DNA from: Clostridia bacterium
GTDB lineage: Bacteria; Bacillota; Clostridia; JAAYHZ01
Assembly: GCA_050950825.1 (NCBI GenBank)
Contig: JBMNIH010000010.1
Location: forward strand, 192,001 to 256,000
Direction of reading: 5' to 3'
DNA length: 64,000 bases
Shown here: piece by piece, positions 62,417 to 64,000 of the stretch
Numbering within the stretch: position 1 is the stretch's first letter
How the letters are laid out: every line of letters starts with the position of its first letter
Position numbers and translations under genes: made by a program
Notes under the pieces: model-generated
What the model was told of the DNA's origin: nothing
Database searches by the model: none
What the model saw: only the letters and a program-made list of their open reading frames with translations

Positions 62417-64000
62417 ATGAGGAAAGCAAGATTTTGGATACTCCTGTTCATACCTATTTGCTTGCTGTTCCTAATATCGTCTTGTGTCGGTTCGCAAATC
62501 GATATGGAGGAAAGCGAGTCAAAAGAACCGGAAACGGCCGGAGAAACGGAAAAACAAACGGTTGTTGCTTCCGAGTCGGTAACCGAAAAGAAGGAAACGA
62601 CGACGGAGCAAAGGGAGACGACGACCGTCAAAGTCACGGAAACGACGGCGGCCAAAACCGAGACTACGACTTTGGTTACGACAACGGCGAAGCCGGACTT
62701 CTCCAAGATGACCGAATTGGAAAAGTATCGCTACGAAAGGGAGCTGCTGAAAAACGATCCCGACAGAAAGTTTTTGTATGACAACGACGGCTGCGAAATC
62801 GTGTATTATACCAACGAAGTGTCGGTAGACGGCGTATTGGCACCTCGATTTTACCCTTTAAAGGATACGGCCGTGGATGCGGTACTTTATACGCCTTGGT
62901 CTTCCGGATTCGGCATGTTTACTCACAACACCAAAATCGGGCAGCTTTTCGACTGTACCGAATCCAATTTCAGCAACAACAAAGCTCGACAGCTTATTGA
63001 GGCGGGGATCGACTTTTTGACGGAAATGGTGAGATTTTGCCATGAAAACGACATGGAATTCTTTTTCTCCATGCGGATGAACGATACCCACGACAACCAA
63101 GGCGATTGGTACGGCGACATCATGTTCGAATACAACAAGCTGAAAACGAGCCGGCCGGATCTGTTGGTAGGAACGAAGGAGAATCCCCCCAAATACGGAA
63201 CCTGGACCTCGGTGGACTATACCAAGCAAGAGATTCGAGATATGGCTTACGCCATATTCGAAGAAGCCTGCCAAAACTACGATATTGACGGAATCCATTT
63301 GGACTTTTTCAGGCACCCCTGCTTTTTTAAGGATGCCGCCGAAGGCAAAGTGTTGCCCCAAGAAACCTTGGACCTTATGACCGATATGGTCCGTAAAATA
63401 CGGGAAATGACGGAAATAGAAGGAATGAAACGGGGAAGGCCCATCTTGGTATCGATACGGGTTCCCGACAGCGTGGAGTTTTGCAGGGCAATCGGGTTGG
63501 ACATCGAAAAATGGATGGAAGAAGACCTTGTGGATATCTTGTGTACCTCCAGCTACACCCAATTGAATTATTGGGAATACAGCGTGGAGTTAGGCCATAA
63601 ATACGGGGTGCGGGTGTATCCTTCCGTAGACGAAACCCGAGTTCGAGACGATAACGCCAATGCGACGCGCATGTCTTTGGAAAGCTATGCTGCACGTCTT
63701 ACCAATGTTTGGAACTCCGGGGCGGACGGATTTTTGCTCTTCAATTACTATAGCTATAACTCTCCCATATTTAAGGTGGGAGACGACACCGAAAAGCTTT
63801 TAAACTACAACAAACACTATTTCGCTTCTTACCGCGGAGTCGGCTACTTTTCGAGGACATGGCCTCACAGAGAATTTATCAATATACCTACCGTGAATCC
63901 CTATGACAAAATGGAATTAAAGAAGGGTCAGCCGGTGACGGTTGTATTCCCCATCGGAGAGGATTTGGAAAAGGCCATTGAAAAAGGGAAAACACCCTCC
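62417..64000 (+). CDS. Lipoprotein with Thr/Glu-rich linker and (beta/alpha)8 glycoside hydrolase domain (GH156 / GHL10-like); truncated by window end
   Basis: Not in ORF track. Manual translation: MRKARFWILLFIPICLLFLISSC (lipobox), ETTT-rich linker, FLYDNDG, SMRMNDTH, DYTKQEIR, YDIDGIHLDFFRHP. Confidence 0.8.
   Translation, partial: MRKARFWILLFIPICLLFLISSCVGSQIDMEESESKEPETAGETEKQTVVASESVTEKKETTTEQRETTTVKVTETTAAKTETTTLVTTTAKPDFSKMTELEKYRYERELLKNDPDRKFLYDNDGCEIVYYTNEVSVDGVLAPRFYPLKDTAVDAVLYTPWSSGFGMFTHNTKIGQLFDCTESNFSNNKARQLIEAGIDFLTEMVRFCHENDMEFFFSMRMNDTHDNQGDWYGDIMFEYNKLKTSRPDLLVGTKENPPKYGTWTSVDYTKQEIRDMAYAIFEEACQNYDIDGIHLDFFRHPCFFKDAAEGKVLPQETLDLMTDMVRKIREMTEIEGMKRGRPILVSIRVPDSVEFCRAIGLDIEKWMEEDLVDILCTSSYTQLNYWEYSVELGHKYGVRVYPSVDETRVRDDNANATRMSLESYAARLTNVWNSGADGFLLFNYYSYNSPIFKVGDDTEKLLNYNKHYFASYRGVGYFSRTWPHREFINIPTVNPYDKMELKKGQPVTVVFPIGEDLEKAIEKGKTPS

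Noticed and set aside
62510-62695. Repetitive GAAACGACG/ACGACG tract resembling a repeat array
   Set aside because: Encodes the Thr/Glu-rich lipoprotein linker; no constant repeat-spacer periodicity, so not CRISPR.

Overview
Chromosomal window from a spore-forming Firmicute, most likely Clostridia (veg-sipL-ispE, ypeB, dnaD-dnaC, leuC2/D2, T-box, FapR and GlpP sites). In order it holds: the start of a FapR-controlled fabH-acpP-fabK operon; a T-box-led ilvN-ilvC-cimA-leuCDB-ilvD-ilvB-DUF362 operon; a GlpP-leader glycerol-3-phosphate oxidation operon; six amidohydrolase_2 genes with two Gfo/Idh/MocA dehydrogenases; housekeeping and sporulation genes (ylmH, typA, veg, sipL, ispE, acpS, yhaO, frameshifted yhaN, ypeB, dnaC/dnaD-like, aminopeptidase); tRNA-Arg(ACG); a frameshifted GH38-like gene; an intact ISLre2-family IS with 9-bp target duplication; and a GH38 / esterase / GH156-like lipoprotein cluster running off the right edge. 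No CRISPR array, rRNA or prophage was seen. The best candidates for undescribed biology are a ~165-nt rod-shaped structured element in the 3' non-coding end of the ISLre2 element, duplicated catalytic + metal-less amidohydrolase pairs, a T-box leader lacking the canonical UGGN antiterminator bulge, and a hairpin between the Shine-Dalgarno and start codon of the GH38 mannosidase. All calls come from reading the sequence by eye; no searches or folding programs were run.
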